Assembly (NCBI GenBank): GCA_000830275.1
Contig: CP010424.1
Location: forward strand, 150,001 to 182,000
Direction: 5' to 3'
Length of the DNA stretch: 32,000 bases
Source: an archaeon GW2011_AR10
GTDB lineage: Archaea > Iainarchaeota > Iainarchaeia > Iainarchaeales > GW2011-AR10
Shown here: positions 1 to 8,651 of the stretch, piece after piece
Layout: every line of letters starts with the position of its first letter
Position numbering within the stretch: position 1 is the stretch's first letter
Made by a program: the position numbers and the translations under genes
The notes under the pieces: model-generated
The model's database searches: none
What the model saw: only the letters and a program-made list of their open reading frames with translations
Told to the model about the DNA's origin: nothing

Positions 1-456
1 TTCAATTATGTTTGTGGCATCAAGCCTTCCACCCATTCCAGTTTCAATTACCAAAAAATCAACATTTTTTTCTAGGAAGTGCTTGAATGCGAGTGCAGTC
101 AAAAACTCGAAGTAGCTTGGCTTTTTCTTCATTTTACTTAAAACTTTTTTAATTTCAGAGGCCTCTGCAGCAAACCCTTCCCTTGAAATTTCGCGGTTGT
201 TTGTTTTAATTCGTTCAGTGATTGAGAGGAGATGAGGCGACGTGTAAGTGCCAACAACGTAATTGTCTTCTATTAAGATTGAGGAAATAAATGATGTAAC
301 GCTTCCTTTCCCGTTAGAGCCGGCAATGTGGACTGCGTTCAGTTTTCCCAAGTCAAGGCCAAGTGCCATGCACAGTTCCTTTACTGTAGCCAAATCAAAA
401 TCCTTGTTTTTAACTTTCAGTGACTCAACAAATTTTTCTGCTTGCCCGAAGTTCAT
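1..456 (-). CDS. folC: Folylpolyglutamate synthase / dihydrofolate synthase (FolC), N-terminal ~152 aa; the rest lies beyond the window edge
   Basis: The minus-strand frame is open from the ATG at 456-454 to position 1 and is absent from the ORF track because it is truncated. My translation is MNFGQAEKFVESL..VHIAGSNGKGSV..YTSPHLLSITERI..VIETGMGGRLDATNIIE. It shows the FolC/Mur-ligase P-loop, TSPHL..ERI and GxGGrlDaTN motifs. Its ATG overlaps the pcm stop as ATGA. Confidence 0.8.
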   Translation of the reverse strand, partial: MNFGQAEKFVESLKVKNKDFDLATVKELCMALGLDLGKLNAVHIAGSNGKGSVTSFISSILIEDNYVVGTYTSPHLLSITERIKTNNREISREGFAAEASEIKKVLSKMKKKPSYFEFLTALAFKHFLEKNVDFLVIETGMGGRLDATNIIE

Positions 457-1106
457 CTGAATCCGTGCTCTCCTTTAAGCGGAACAAAAACAAAGTAGCT
501 TTCAAGATACTGTTCTTTCAGCGGCCTGCCATTTTTTTTCTTTAAGGTCTGCATTGCTTGAGTGAACTTGTCCCCGACAGGCGCAACAATTCTGCCGCCT
601 TCTTTAAGCTGGTCAAACAAAGGCTTTGGAACAAAAGGGCAGGCAGCCGAAACAAGGATTCTGTCAAATGGCGCCTTTTCTTTCGAGCCCAGGGAACCAT
701 CGCCTTTCACTATTTCAACGTTTTTGCAGCCTTGCTTATTCAAGTTTTTTTTTGACTGCCCTATGAGCTCTTCCTCCAGTTCCATTCCAGTAACGCGTCC
801 ATTGCTTTCAACAATTTCGCTGAGGAGCGCAGCAACGTAACCTGAACCGCTGCCAACCTCCAAGACATTCATGCCTTTACCTGCTTCAAGCAGTTCAAGC
901 ATTACCGCAATTGTTGTTGGCTGGCTTATTGTCTGGCCTGAACCAATCGGCAGGGCAGTGTCAAGGTATGCATCTTTTTCCATCCATTTTCCCAAAAACA
1001 GTTCTCTTTTCACTTTCAGGAATGCAATTTCAACTGCCGTGCTTTTAATTGCACCGGAGCCCTTCAGGAACTCTACAAGCTGCCTTCTTTTCTGCTCAAA
1101 GTTCAT
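453..1106 (-). CDS. pcm: Protein-L-isoaspartate O-methyltransferase
   Basis: 217-aa ORF with the GQTISQP motif and the SAM-binding motif VLEVGSGSGY, both characteristic of PIMT. Confidence 0.9.
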   Translation of the reverse strand: MNFEQKRRQLVEFLKGSGAIKSTAVEIAFLKVKRELFLGKWMEKDAYLDTALPIGSGQTISQPTTIAVMLELLEAGKGMNVLEVGSGSGYVAALLSEIVESNGRVTGMELEEELIGQSKKNLNKQGCKNVEIVKGDGSLGSKEKAPFDRILVSAACPFVPKPLFDQLKEGGRIVAPVGDKFTQAMQTLKKKNGRPLKEQYLESYFVFVPLKGEHGFR

Positions 1107-2022
1107 CCTTTTTTTTCTCCCGTGCCTTTATTATTTTCATTAGGTCCTTTGGCTTGGAAAGACTTTCAAGTTCCTCTTCCTCTACAACCGGAATGCTTTC
1201 AACGCTTTTCTTTTTCGACTCCTTTGCAAGAATCATTAAATGGCTTTCAAGGATTCCTTTGGTTTTTGCCAGTTTCAATGCACGGTGCCTTATTTCATGT
1301 TCTCCTTTCCCGATGCTAATGAGCAGGGAATCAGTTGGATGAGAAAACGCTTTGAATGGAGCGTGCTCAAACAATGCCAAGTCAAGGCCAAGCCTCTGCA
1401 CTTTTGAAAGCATCGGCTCATCAAGCTGTTTATCAAATATGTCCGCACCAGAAAACTTTTTTTCAAAGAGGTTTACTTCCTTTATCAGGCTTGTTTTCAG
1501 TGCCCCTTCAAGTTTTTCAGCTGTTTCAAGCGTGGAAGCACTGCCCTTCTCATACCTGTGAATTGACTCAGGGGCAGCACCAACTTTTTCAGCAAGCTCT
1601 TCCCTGCTTAGCCCCATGTTTTTTCTTTTCTGCACCAGCTTTTCAGCGTCAAGCTCAACTATTTTTCTTCCCTTAAAGTACTTTACGCTTGGCATTTCTT
1701 TTTCCAGAAATTTCTTAAAGCTTGAAATCGTCAGCACGGGAATTCCATAGCGCTCATAAACTACCTCGTCTTTCAGCTTAAATGCCTTGGTTTTTTCGCC
1801 GATTATTAGGGCGTTTGCGTTGAGGGCATTGCTCAGTTTCCCTAGTTCTTCTCCTTGCTCTTGCCTGATGGAGTCGATGTTGGAGTAAATTTTTATCAGC
1901 AGCACAAGACTTGAATGCCTTGCCGCGATGTCAAAGCAGTTGTTTGAGTGAAAAAATGAGCTGACCAAGAAACCCTTTCTTATCAGCATGGACGTTATTT
2001 GAGCCAAGGCAAGCTCGCGCAA
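1096..2022 (-). CDS. Archaeal ~300-aa transcriptional regulator with a central XRE-type HTH (COG1395-like)
   Basis: 308-aa ORF. The central segment KRKNMGLSREELAEKVGAAPESIHRYEKG resembles an HTH_3 motif, and length and architecture fit the archaeal COG1395 family. It abuts the upstream UbiA gene and overlaps pcm by 11 nt. Confidence 0.6.
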   Translation of the reverse strand: MRELALAQITSMLIRKGFLVSSFFHSNNCFDIAARHSSLVLLIKIYSNIDSIRQEQGEELGKLSNALNANALIIGEKTKAFKLKDEVVYERYGIPVLTISSFKKFLEKEMPSVKYFKGRKIVELDAEKLVQKRKNMGLSREELAEKVGAAPESIHRYEKGSASTLETAEKLEGALKTSLIKEVNLFEKKFSGADIFDKQLDEPMLSKVQRLGLDLALFEHAPFKAFSHPTDSLLISIGKGEHEIRHRALKLAKTKGILESHLMILAKESKKKSVESIPVVEEEELESLSKPKDLMKIIKAREKKKDEL

Positions 2023-2841
2023 TCACATCACTCCAGCCAAAAACGCGATTAATGCGATAAACATTGCGATTTTGCTGAGTTCCTGAGAGGCCTTTGCATC
2101 TTTTTCCGCCAGTTTTGCACCAGCGTACAAGAAAATTCCGCCTGCTGCAAGTGTTAGAAAAAGGAAACCCGCTCCTTTAAGCATTCCAGAAAACCAAACA
2201 TACAATGCAATAGAAATTCCTGCAATGTAACTGCCAAAAACAGCTAGGTTAATCTGCTCTATTGGCAGAATCATTGGCAGTGTTTTCTTGAAGCCTTTTT
2301 CTGCTGAATCCTCAACATCTTTTGTTATTTCCCTGCCTAAGCTGGAGAAGAAAGCGCTTGCAGCCAGCAAAACCACAACAGAATAGTTTCCTGAAACGCT
2401 TGCGCCAAACACAAGTGTTATGGCTGTTGACATTGCAATCAAAGCGTTGCCGAAGTACTTGTGCTGCGGCGTGTAGGCTGAATAAGCCAGCAAAAGCAAA
2501 CTGAACAATACTGCAATCAGGAAAGCAACCTCGTTAATGAAAAATGAAATGGTTATTCCGATAAGGAAAAGCATTACGGAGTAAAGGAATGCAGCCTTGC
2601 TTTCAATGTGCCCGGCCGGAATCGGCCTGAAAGGCTTGATTTTCCTGTCAATGCGCCAGTCAAAGAAATCGTTCACTGCCTGCCCTGCACCGCAGATGAG
2701 GAAAGCTGAAACCATTGCAAGAAAAACCTGAAAAGAAAAACCAATGCTGCCAACTGAAACAGCGTAGCCGATGAAAACAGCAAATGCGGCCATAAAGCAG
2801 TTGAACGGCCTCAGTATTTCAAAAAAATGCTCCAAGCCCAT
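2023..2841 (-). CDS. UbiA-family prenyltransferase, likely digeranylgeranylglyceryl phosphate synthase
   Basis: 272-aa polytopic membrane protein with the Asp-rich motif NDFFDWRIDR. Its size is typical of archaeal DGGGP synthase. The substrate assignment is inferred. Confidence 0.7.
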   Translation of the reverse strand: MGLEHFFEILRPFNCFMAAFAVFIGYAVSVGSIGFSFQVFLAMVSAFLICGAGQAVNDFFDWRIDRKIKPFRPIPAGHIESKAAFLYSVMLFLIGITISFFINEVAFLIAVLFSLLLLAYSAYTPQHKYFGNALIAMSTAITLVFGASVSGNYSVVVLLAASAFFSSLGREITKDVEDSAEKGFKKTLPMILPIEQINLAVFGSYIAGISIALYVWFSGMLKGAGFLFLTLAAGGIFLYAGAKLAEKDAKASQELSKIAMFIALIAFLAGVM

Positions 2842-2894
2842 TTTCTCACTATATTTAATGATACAAGAGTATTTTATAACTTTTAGCGTTAGGT

Positions 2895-3653
2895 TTAACC
2901 GCCTAAAATCAGTTCCAATAGCTTTTTTTTGGGGTTCTTCTGTATTGGCGAAACAACAGTGAGTTTCCCTTTCCCGAACCTTCTCTGCAACTCTTTTTCC
3001 CCAATTTCACTGACGCTCTGCCCTGAAACCATTTTCGGTTTTAGGGGGTCTCTTTCATGCGGCAAAAAAATAAGTTTTCCAAGTTCGACAACACGCGGCT
3101 GAAAGGATTCAGCTGAACGGTCAGCCGAAAAAACTGAACCAAGCCATGCTGATGCGATTATGTTTGCATTAGTTGTTTTTTGCTTGATTGCATATCTGAG
3201 TCTTGAGGGACTGGCTTCAGTGTAAATGCTTTTTCTTCCAAGCCTAAAAAACTTGCTTGCCCTTGAACTGTTGCTTCTCATGGGATACTTTCCGCTTTCC
3301 AAAACAAATAATCCTGCCCTTTTTTTTCCAACAAGCACTATGCCGTCATCAAGCGGCCTGATAGAATCATTTTTTATTAATCTCCTCAAAGTCGTTGACT
3401 TCCCTATTCCTTGAGGGCCGCTTACAACAACTGCCCTGCCATTTCTTTCCATGGCAACTCCATGGAATAAGTACAGGTCGGTGAAGCCAAATTGTTTCCT
3501 TAAATCCTCCACTTCTTTCCAGCTGAAGTCCCTGCCTTCAAAAACCCGGTAATGAATTGAAACAGCTCCTTTTGGAAGTTTTCTGTTTTCTCGTTCAACT
3601 GATTTCTTCCAGCTCTTCCAGGCCTTTTCCTTCAGCCGCTTTAAAATTAGCAT
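2895..3653 (-). CDS. P-loop protein resembling the HPr kinase/phosphorylase C-terminal domain (HprK-related kinase-like)
   Basis: 252-aa ORF. The segment FHGVAMERNGRAVVVSGPQGIGKSTTLRRLIKNDSIRPLDDGIVLV parallels the HprK pattern LHGV..G.GVLI.G.SGxGKS..L.LI.RGH.LVADD. Confidence 0.45.
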   Translation of the reverse strand: MLILKRLKEKAWKSWKKSVERENRKLPKGAVSIHYRVFEGRDFSWKEVEDLRKQFGFTDLYLFHGVAMERNGRAVVVSGPQGIGKSTTLRRLIKNDSIRPLDDGIVLVGKKRAGLFVLESGKYPMRSNSSRASKFFRLGRKSIYTEASPSRLRYAIKQKTTNANIIASAWLGSVFSADRSAESFQPRVVELGKLIFLPHERDPLKPKMVSGQSVSEIGEKELQRRFGKGKLTVVSPIQKNPKKKLLELILGG

Positions 3654-3776
3654 TTGTTTCAGAAATATTTTGCTCCAACCCCTAATTAATTGTTTCTTTC
3701 ACTTGCGATTCAATGGTTTTGGTTAATTCAACTAAACAAATTTAAATAACTTACTGCATTATTTCTACTGGTTTGA

Positions 3777-4907
3777 ATGGTTGAGTTTGACAGGTTTGGG
3801 CCGGAGAAAATACTGAGAGTTTACAACCCCAAGGTTGGAATGCGTGGTTTTCTAGTTGTTGACAATGCTTCGCTTGGCCCGGGCAAAGGCGGCATCAGGA
3901 TGACTCCGACAGTTTCAGTTGGCGAAGTTGCAAGGCTTGCAAGGGTCATGACCTGGAAAACTGCGTTGGCTGAACTGCCCTTCGGCGGCGCGAAAGCAGG
4001 GATTGTGGCTAACCCAAAAACAATGACGCAGCAGCAGAGAAAAGAAATCGTTCAGGCTTTTGCGAAGGCGCTTAAGCTGGTTTCCCCGAAAATCTATATT
4101 GCTGCTCCTGACATTAACATGGGAGAGCAGGAAATGAGGTGGTATGTTGAGGCGAACGGCAGCCTGAAGAGTGCAACAGGAAAGCCCGCAAACATGTGCG
4201 ACAAAAATGGTAGAAACTGCGGTTTGCCGCACGAGCTCGGCTCAACAGGCTTAGGGATTTACAATGCAGCAGTGATTGCAGCAAAGCATGCCGGCATGGA
4301 ACTGGAGAATGCAAGCATTGCAGTTGAAGGCTTTGGAAACGTTGGCTACTTTGCGGCAAAGTACCTTTCTGAAAAAGGTGCAAAAATTGTTGCGGTTTCA
4401 GATTCCCGCGGCCTAATTTACAACAAGGCAGGAATTGAATTCGAAAAACTTGTGGACGTGAAGAAAAAAACCGGCACAGTTGCCGAGTACAAGCCCGGCA
4501 CGGTTTTTCCTTCCAGCAAAATAATTTCCCTCCCAGTTGACGTTCTTGTTACGGCTGCAATCCCGGACCTCATAAAGGAAGCCGATATTCCGGAAATTAA
4601 AGCCAAAATAATTGTACAGGGATCAAACATTCCAATGGAAAAGCACGCAGAGGACAGGGCGCATGAGAAAAAAATTTTGGTTGTGCCAGACATTGTAGCC
4701 AATGCTGGCGGAGTTATTTCCTCTTACGCTGAATTTAGGGGAGAAAACGCCAAAACAATGATGAAGATTGTTGAAGCAAAAATCAAGAAAAACACGGAAC
4801 TGGTTTTGTCAAACGCTGAAGCGCAGGGAACCACGCCAAGGGATGCTGCCTTGGAAATCGCGCGCAGCAGAGTTCTCAAAAAATGTGAATGGTGCGGAAC
4901 CAATTAA
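3777..4907 (+). CDS. Glu/Leu/Phe/Val dehydrogenase family enzyme, glutamate dehydrogenase-like (short, 376 aa)
   Basis: Carries GPGKGGIRM, PFGGAKAGI and the dinucleotide-binding motif VEGFGNVGYF. A TATA-like AAATTTAAATAA lies ~30 nt upstream. Confidence 0.8.
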   Translation: MVEFDRFGPEKILRVYNPKVGMRGFLVVDNASLGPGKGGIRMTPTVSVGEVARLARVMTWKTALAELPFGGAKAGIVANPKTMTQQQRKEIVQAFAKALKLVSPKIYIAAPDINMGEQEMRWYVEANGSLKSATGKPANMCDKNGRNCGLPHELGSTGLGIYNAAVIAAKHAGMELENASIAVEGFGNVGYFAAKYLSEKGAKIVAVSDSRGLIYNKAGIEFEKLVDVKKKTGTVAEYKPGTVFPSSKIISLPVDVLVTAAIPDLIKEADIPEIKAKIIVQGSNIPMEKHAEDRAHEKKILVVPDIVANAGGVISSYAEFRGENAKTMMKIVEAKIKKNTELVLSNAEAQGTTPRDAALEIARSRVLKKCEWCGTN

Positions 4908-4928
4908 ATTAATGGAGGTGTTGGAAAA

Positions 4929-5147
4929 ATGTTTGGTCCAGCAGTTGGAATCAGTGCAACACTCGCATTCCTTGCGATTTCATCCCTCATACTGATAATC
5001 CTTGGAGTGGTTTACTTTGCGGTTAGCCTGTTTATAATCAAGGCTGCCGCCGGCCTTGTTGGTTTTAGCGGCCTCAGCTCTGACATGGCTGTCCTTTCAG
5101 CGGCAATTCTTAGCGCTGCGTCGCTTGTAGCCTCAAGGTCAAAGTAA
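4929..5147 (+). CDS. Small membrane protein with two predicted TM helices
   Basis: 72-aa hydrophobic ORF. It is preceded by a strong SD, GGAGGTG, 8 nt upstream, complementary to the 16S 3' end GATCACCTCCT. Confidence 0.55.
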   Translation: MFGPAVGISATLAFLAISSLILIILGVVYFAVSLFIIKAAAGLVGFSGLSSDMAVLSAAILSAASLVASRSK

Positions 5148-5160
5148 AGTGGAATCCCGT

Positions 5161-5796
5161 ATGCCGCGCAAAGCAGTTCTAGTGTGCAATGGCAGCATTG
5201 ACTCGAAAAACCTTAGAATGCACTTAAGCAGCGATGACTTCATTATCGCGGTTGATGGTGGCGCAAACAAGTTGCTTGGCATAGGTTTCAGGCCCAATCT
5301 TCTTGTCGGTGACATGGACTCAATCAGCGAGCGCGCAAGAAAAGAGTTTTCCGACGTAAAAAGCCTTGTTTTCCCGCGTGAAAAGGACTTTGTTGACCTA
5401 GAGCACGCCATACAATACTGCGTGGAAAAAAATTTTTCCGAGGTACTGATTTTGGGTGCAATCGGCAGCAGAGTTGACATGTCTTTAACCAACGTGTTTT
5501 TGCTTCTGAAGTTTCCTGAAAAAATGAAGGCGATGATTGTCCACAAAAACCAGGAAATCTTTGTAATCCGCAAGTCAGCCACAATTGAAGGAATCCCCGG
5601 AGAAATTGTTTCAATTTTTTCTATTGCAGGAGAAGCTAGGGGCCTTACACTCAAAGGCTTCAAGTACGAACTCAATGATTACTTGCTTCAGTTCGGCATT
5701 GGAAAGGGTTTAAGCAATGAGCTGAAAGAAAAAAAGGCTGTTGTTTCGGTTTCAAGCGGAAAACTCTTGTGCGTTCACTTCAAAAACTATTACTGA
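5161..5796 (+). CDS. thiN: Thiamine pyrophosphokinase
   Basis: Carries VGDMDSIS and EKDFVDLEHAI (TPK GDxDS and KDxTDxE motifs). The track ORF starts at a GTG at 5149; the ATG at 5161 (MPRKAVLV) is preferred. Confidence 0.8.
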   Translation: MPRKAVLVCNGSIDSKNLRMHLSSDDFIIAVDGGANKLLGIGFRPNLLVGDMDSISERARKEFSDVKSLVFPREKDFVDLEHAIQYCVEKNFSEVLILGAIGSRVDMSLTNVFLLLKFPEKMKAMIVHKNQEIFVIRKSATIEGIPGEIVSIFSIAGEARGLTLKGFKYELNDYLLQFGIGKGLSNELKEKKAVVSVSSGKLLCVHFKNYY

Positions 5797-5816
5797 CTTC
5801 TTCGCCATAAAACGAA

Positions 5817-5830
5817 TTTTTTGTTTTTTT
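5817..5830 (+). terminator. Oligo-T tract downstream of the TPK gene
   Basis: TTTTTTGTTTTTTT lies ~20 nt after the stop codon, in archaeal oligo-T terminator style. Confidence 0.45.
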
Positions 5831-5853
5831 GCAGCGTGAGCTATTTAAATCAT

Positions 5854-5991
5854 ATGAATTCCACTATTTTTAAATAGTGGTTTATTGGTGGAATTCATTA
5901 CTGTCAAAAACTACTAGCATAGTATGAAGCATCAAAGCATGCCACAGAATTTATTCGGTGGTTTTTGACATCAAACTTTAGATGAATTCAT
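5854..5991. promoter_or_regulatory. Palindrome-rich promoter/leader region upstream of the thiamine-type ABC importer
   Basis: ATGAATTCCAC (5854-5864) is inverted to GTGGAATTCAT (5888-5898). A nested pair, CCACTATTT / AAATAGTGG (5861-5880), encloses the TATA-like TTTTTAAATA. A perfect palindrome ATGAATTCAT lies at 5982-5991. A 9-10 bp long-range stem pairs GTCAAAAAC (5903-5911) with GTTTTTGAC (5961-5969). Confidence 0.45.
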
Positions 5992-6015
5992 AGATTCAGT
6001 CCATTAAACAAAACA

Positions 6016-7041
6016 ATGGTTGTCCTCATGAAAAAAACCATTTCACTCCTGTTAGTTGCGCTTTTTCTTTTTTTTGGCTGCACTGCTCCGCAGCCACAGG
6101 AAAAAACCTTGACGATTTACACTTATGATTCAATGGTTTCAGAATACGGTTTAGGGCCAAAAGTTGTGCCAAAATTTGAGGAAGAGTGCGGCTGTAAAGT
6201 GAACATGGTTGCATTGGGGGATGCAGGGCAAGTGCTTAACAGGGCAATAATTGAGAAAAACAATCCAAAAGCCGATGTCATAATCGGGGTTGACAACAGC
6301 CTTGCATCAAAAGCAATTGAGGCAGGAATATTTGAGCCTTTTGTTCCAAGCAATTTTGGAATTGTGCCGCAAGACCTGCGATTTGATGCAACAAACAGCT
6401 TAATACCATTTGATTACGGCTTCATTGCCTTTGTTTATGATTCCGAAAAAGTTGGTTTTGAGCCGAAGAGCTTTGAAGACTTGCTGAGGCCAGAACTTGA
6501 GAAAAAAATTGTTGTAGAAAACCCTAGGACATCTTCTCCGGGGTTGGCGCTTTTGCTCTGGACAGTTGCAGTTTACGGTGACCCAGGCTACAAGGATTAC
6601 TGGGAAAAGCTCAAGCCCAATATTTTGACAGTTACGCCTGGATGGGATGAAGCAGCAGGGATGTTCCGTGCCGGAGAAGCACCGATTTATTTGAGTTATG
6701 CCACTTCCCCGCCTTATTACGTGGAATTCGAGGGCATAACAACTTTCAGGGTAGCAACCTTTGAGGAAGGGCATTACCTGCAAGTAGAGGGCATGGGCCT
6801 AGTGAAAGGGGCAAAAAACAGGGAACTGGCAAAGCAGTTCATTGAGTTTGCCTTAACGGAATCTTTCCAGGAAGAAATACCCTTAAATCAGTTTATGTTC
6901 CCAGTTAATCAGGAAGCAGAGCTTCCTCCTGCGTTTGATTATGCTGCAAGGCCATCCAAAAAGGTCTTGCTTGATGATGCGCTTGCAGAGGAAAAGCAAG
7001 AGGGATGGATTGCTGAATGGGAAAAAATAATGTCCTCCTGA
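6016..7041 (+). CDS. ABC importer substrate-binding lipoprotein, thiamine (TbpA/ThiB) / Fe(III)-type family
   Basis: 341-aa ORF with a signal peptide and lipobox-like LFLFFGC. The fold family is inferred from the operon with a two-EAA permease and an ATPase. Thiamine specificity is inferred from the adjacent TPK. An alternative start is the ATG at 6028 (MKKTISLL). Confidence 0.7.
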   Translation: MVVLMKKTISLLLVALFLFFGCTAPQPQEKTLTIYTYDSMVSEYGLGPKVVPKFEEECGCKVNMVALGDAGQVLNRAIIEKNNPKADVIIGVDNSLASKAIEAGIFEPFVPSNFGIVPQDLRFDATNSLIPFDYGFIAFVYDSEKVGFEPKSFEDLLRPELEKKIVVENPRTSSPGLALLLWTVAVYGDPGYKDYWEKLKPNILTVTPGWDEAAGMFRAGEAPIYLSYATSPPYYVEFEGITTFRVATFEEGHYLQVEGMGLVKGAKNRELAKQFIEFALTESFQEEIPLNQFMFPVNQEAELPPAFDYAARPSKKVLLDDALAEEKQEGWIAEWEKIMSS

Positions 7042-8651
7042 AAATATTTTTCTTCCTGCCTTTGTTGTTTTTTGCACTTTTCTTTTTCTATCCCTTACTG
7101 CTTGTTTTTTTGAATGCATTCACTTCAGACTTCACTGCGTTTCCGCTGTTCTTTTCAACTATTTTGTTTTCCAACAGCAGGCTTGTTGTAAACTCATTGA
7201 TTCAGGCTGCAGCTTCGACGGTTTTAGCGTTTTTAATTGGTTTTCCAGCGGCTTACCTTATTGCAAAATATGATTTCCCTGGAAAAAATTTCTTCAAGGC
7301 CATGACCTTCATTCCGTTCGTTGTGCCGTCAATCCTTGTAGCGCTTTCTTTTGTGATAATTTTCGGTTTGAATGGCTGGCTAAACCGGTTTCTCATGTTA
7401 CTGCTTGGATTATCAGAGCCGCCTATTACAATTCTTTACAGTTTTTACGGAATAATGCTGGCGCACGCGTTCTACAATTTCCCGATTTTTGTTAGGTTTG
7501 TTTCAAATGCCTGGGGAAACACTGAGGCAAGGCTCGAGGAGGCTGCAAGAACTCTCGGCGCCAACAGGATCCAGACATTTTTTCGAGTGACCATTTTCCA
7601 GCTCGCACCTGCAATACTCGCGGCAGCAGCGATTGTATTCATTTACTCTTTCATGAGCTTTGCAATCGTGCTCACATTAGGGGGGGTAAGTTTCACTACG
7701 CTGGAAGTGGGAGTTTTTTATTCCATCACTCGCAACCTTGACCTGCAAACTGGGGCGGCTCTTGCATTAATCCAGTTTGCATTCCTTTTCCTTGTGCTGT
7801 TCCTGTATTCATTTTTTTCACGAAAGTTTTCCTTAACGCATACAACCTTCACTGAAAAAGCACGAAAACTTGGGTTTTTTTCCTTTCAAGGGTTCTTTTC
7901 AGGGCTTTACCTGCTTTTTATTGCATTGATTGTATTGCTGCCAATACTTGCATTGCTTTTTTTTGCGTTAACAGTTCCTTCAACAGGCGAGTTTTCCCTT
8001 TCACCCCAGCCTTTTCTTGACGTGTTTTTTTCAGGCAAAAAAAACCTAGTAGGGGTAACTCCTTTGACTGCAGTCCTTAACAGCCTGTTTTTTGCTTTGA
8101 TTGCATCGCTTCTCTCAACTTTTTTTGGGTTAATTTTTGCGTTTAGGCAGCGCCATTCCAGTAACCTGTTCATTTCGGCTTTAATGATGTCCTCAATAGC
8201 CATATCATCAATAACCCTTGGCTTAGGCTACCTTCTCGGATTTGAGATTGGCGCCTGGTTCTGGATTCCAATTGCGCATTCAGTCATAGCGTTTCCTTTT
8301 GCTTTCAAGTCAATTTCAAATGCCCTCAACAGAATTGATTACTCGTTAACCAGCGCAGCAGAAACGCTTGGGGCGGACGCAAAAAACGTTTTCCTGAGAA
8401 TTGAATTACCATTAATCAGGGGCGCGGTTTTCTCGGCTTTAACTTTTTCGTTCGCAATTTCTCTTGGAGAGTTGGGCCTTGCTTTCCTGCTGTTTGAGGG
8501 AACCTGGGCGACAATGCCGATTTACATTTACAGGTTCATTTCCTCGTACAATTTGTTCGGCGCAGCGGCAATGGGGTTAGTTCTTATCACAATCAGCACC
8601 TTGTGCTTTTACCTCATAGAAAAATTCAACAAAGAATTCAGCGTGGTTTAA
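7017..8651 (+). CDS. ABC importer permease with duplicated transmembrane domains (ThiP/FbpB-type)
   Basis: 544-aa polytopic protein with two EAA loops: EEAARTLGANRIQTFFRV and SAAETLGADAKNVFLRIELP. Confidence 0.75.
   Translation: MGKNNVLLKIFFFLPLLFFALFFFYPLLLVFLNAFTSDFTAFPLFFSTILFSNSRLVVNSLIQAAASTVLAFLIGFPAAYLIAKYDFPGKNFFKAMTFIPFVVPSILVALSFVIIFGLNGWLNRFLMLLLGLSEPPITILYSFYGIMLAHAFYNFPIFVRFVSNAWGNTEARLEEAARTLGANRIQTFFRVTIFQLAPAILAAAAIVFIYSFMSFAIVLTLGGVSFTTLEVGVFYSITRNLDLQTGAALALIQFAFLFLVLFLYSFFSRKFSLTHTTFTEKARKLGFFSFQGFFSGLYLLFIALIVLLPILALLFFALTVPSTGEFSLSPQPFLDVFFSGKKNLVGVTPLTAVLNSLFFALIASLLSTFFGLIFAFRQRHSSNLFISALMMSSIAISSITLGLGYLLGFEIGAWFWIPIAHSVIAFPFAFKSISNALNRIDYSLTSAAETLGADAKNVFLRIELPLIRGAVFSALTFSFAISLGELGLAFLLFEGTWATMPIYIYRFISSYNLFGAAAMGLVLITISTLCFYLIEKFNKEFSVV

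Noticed and set aside
5139-5675. 178-aa ORF antisense to the thiamine pyrophosphokinase gene
   Set aside because: The plus-strand frame carries clear TPK motifs and the antisense frame has none.
5797-6015. Possible TPP riboswitch upstream of the thiamine-type transporter
   Set aside because: I looked for the conserved CUGAGA and ACCUGAUCUGGAUAAUGCCAGCG-like elements on both strands and did not find them. The region is reported as an uncharacterised structured or palindromic leader instead.
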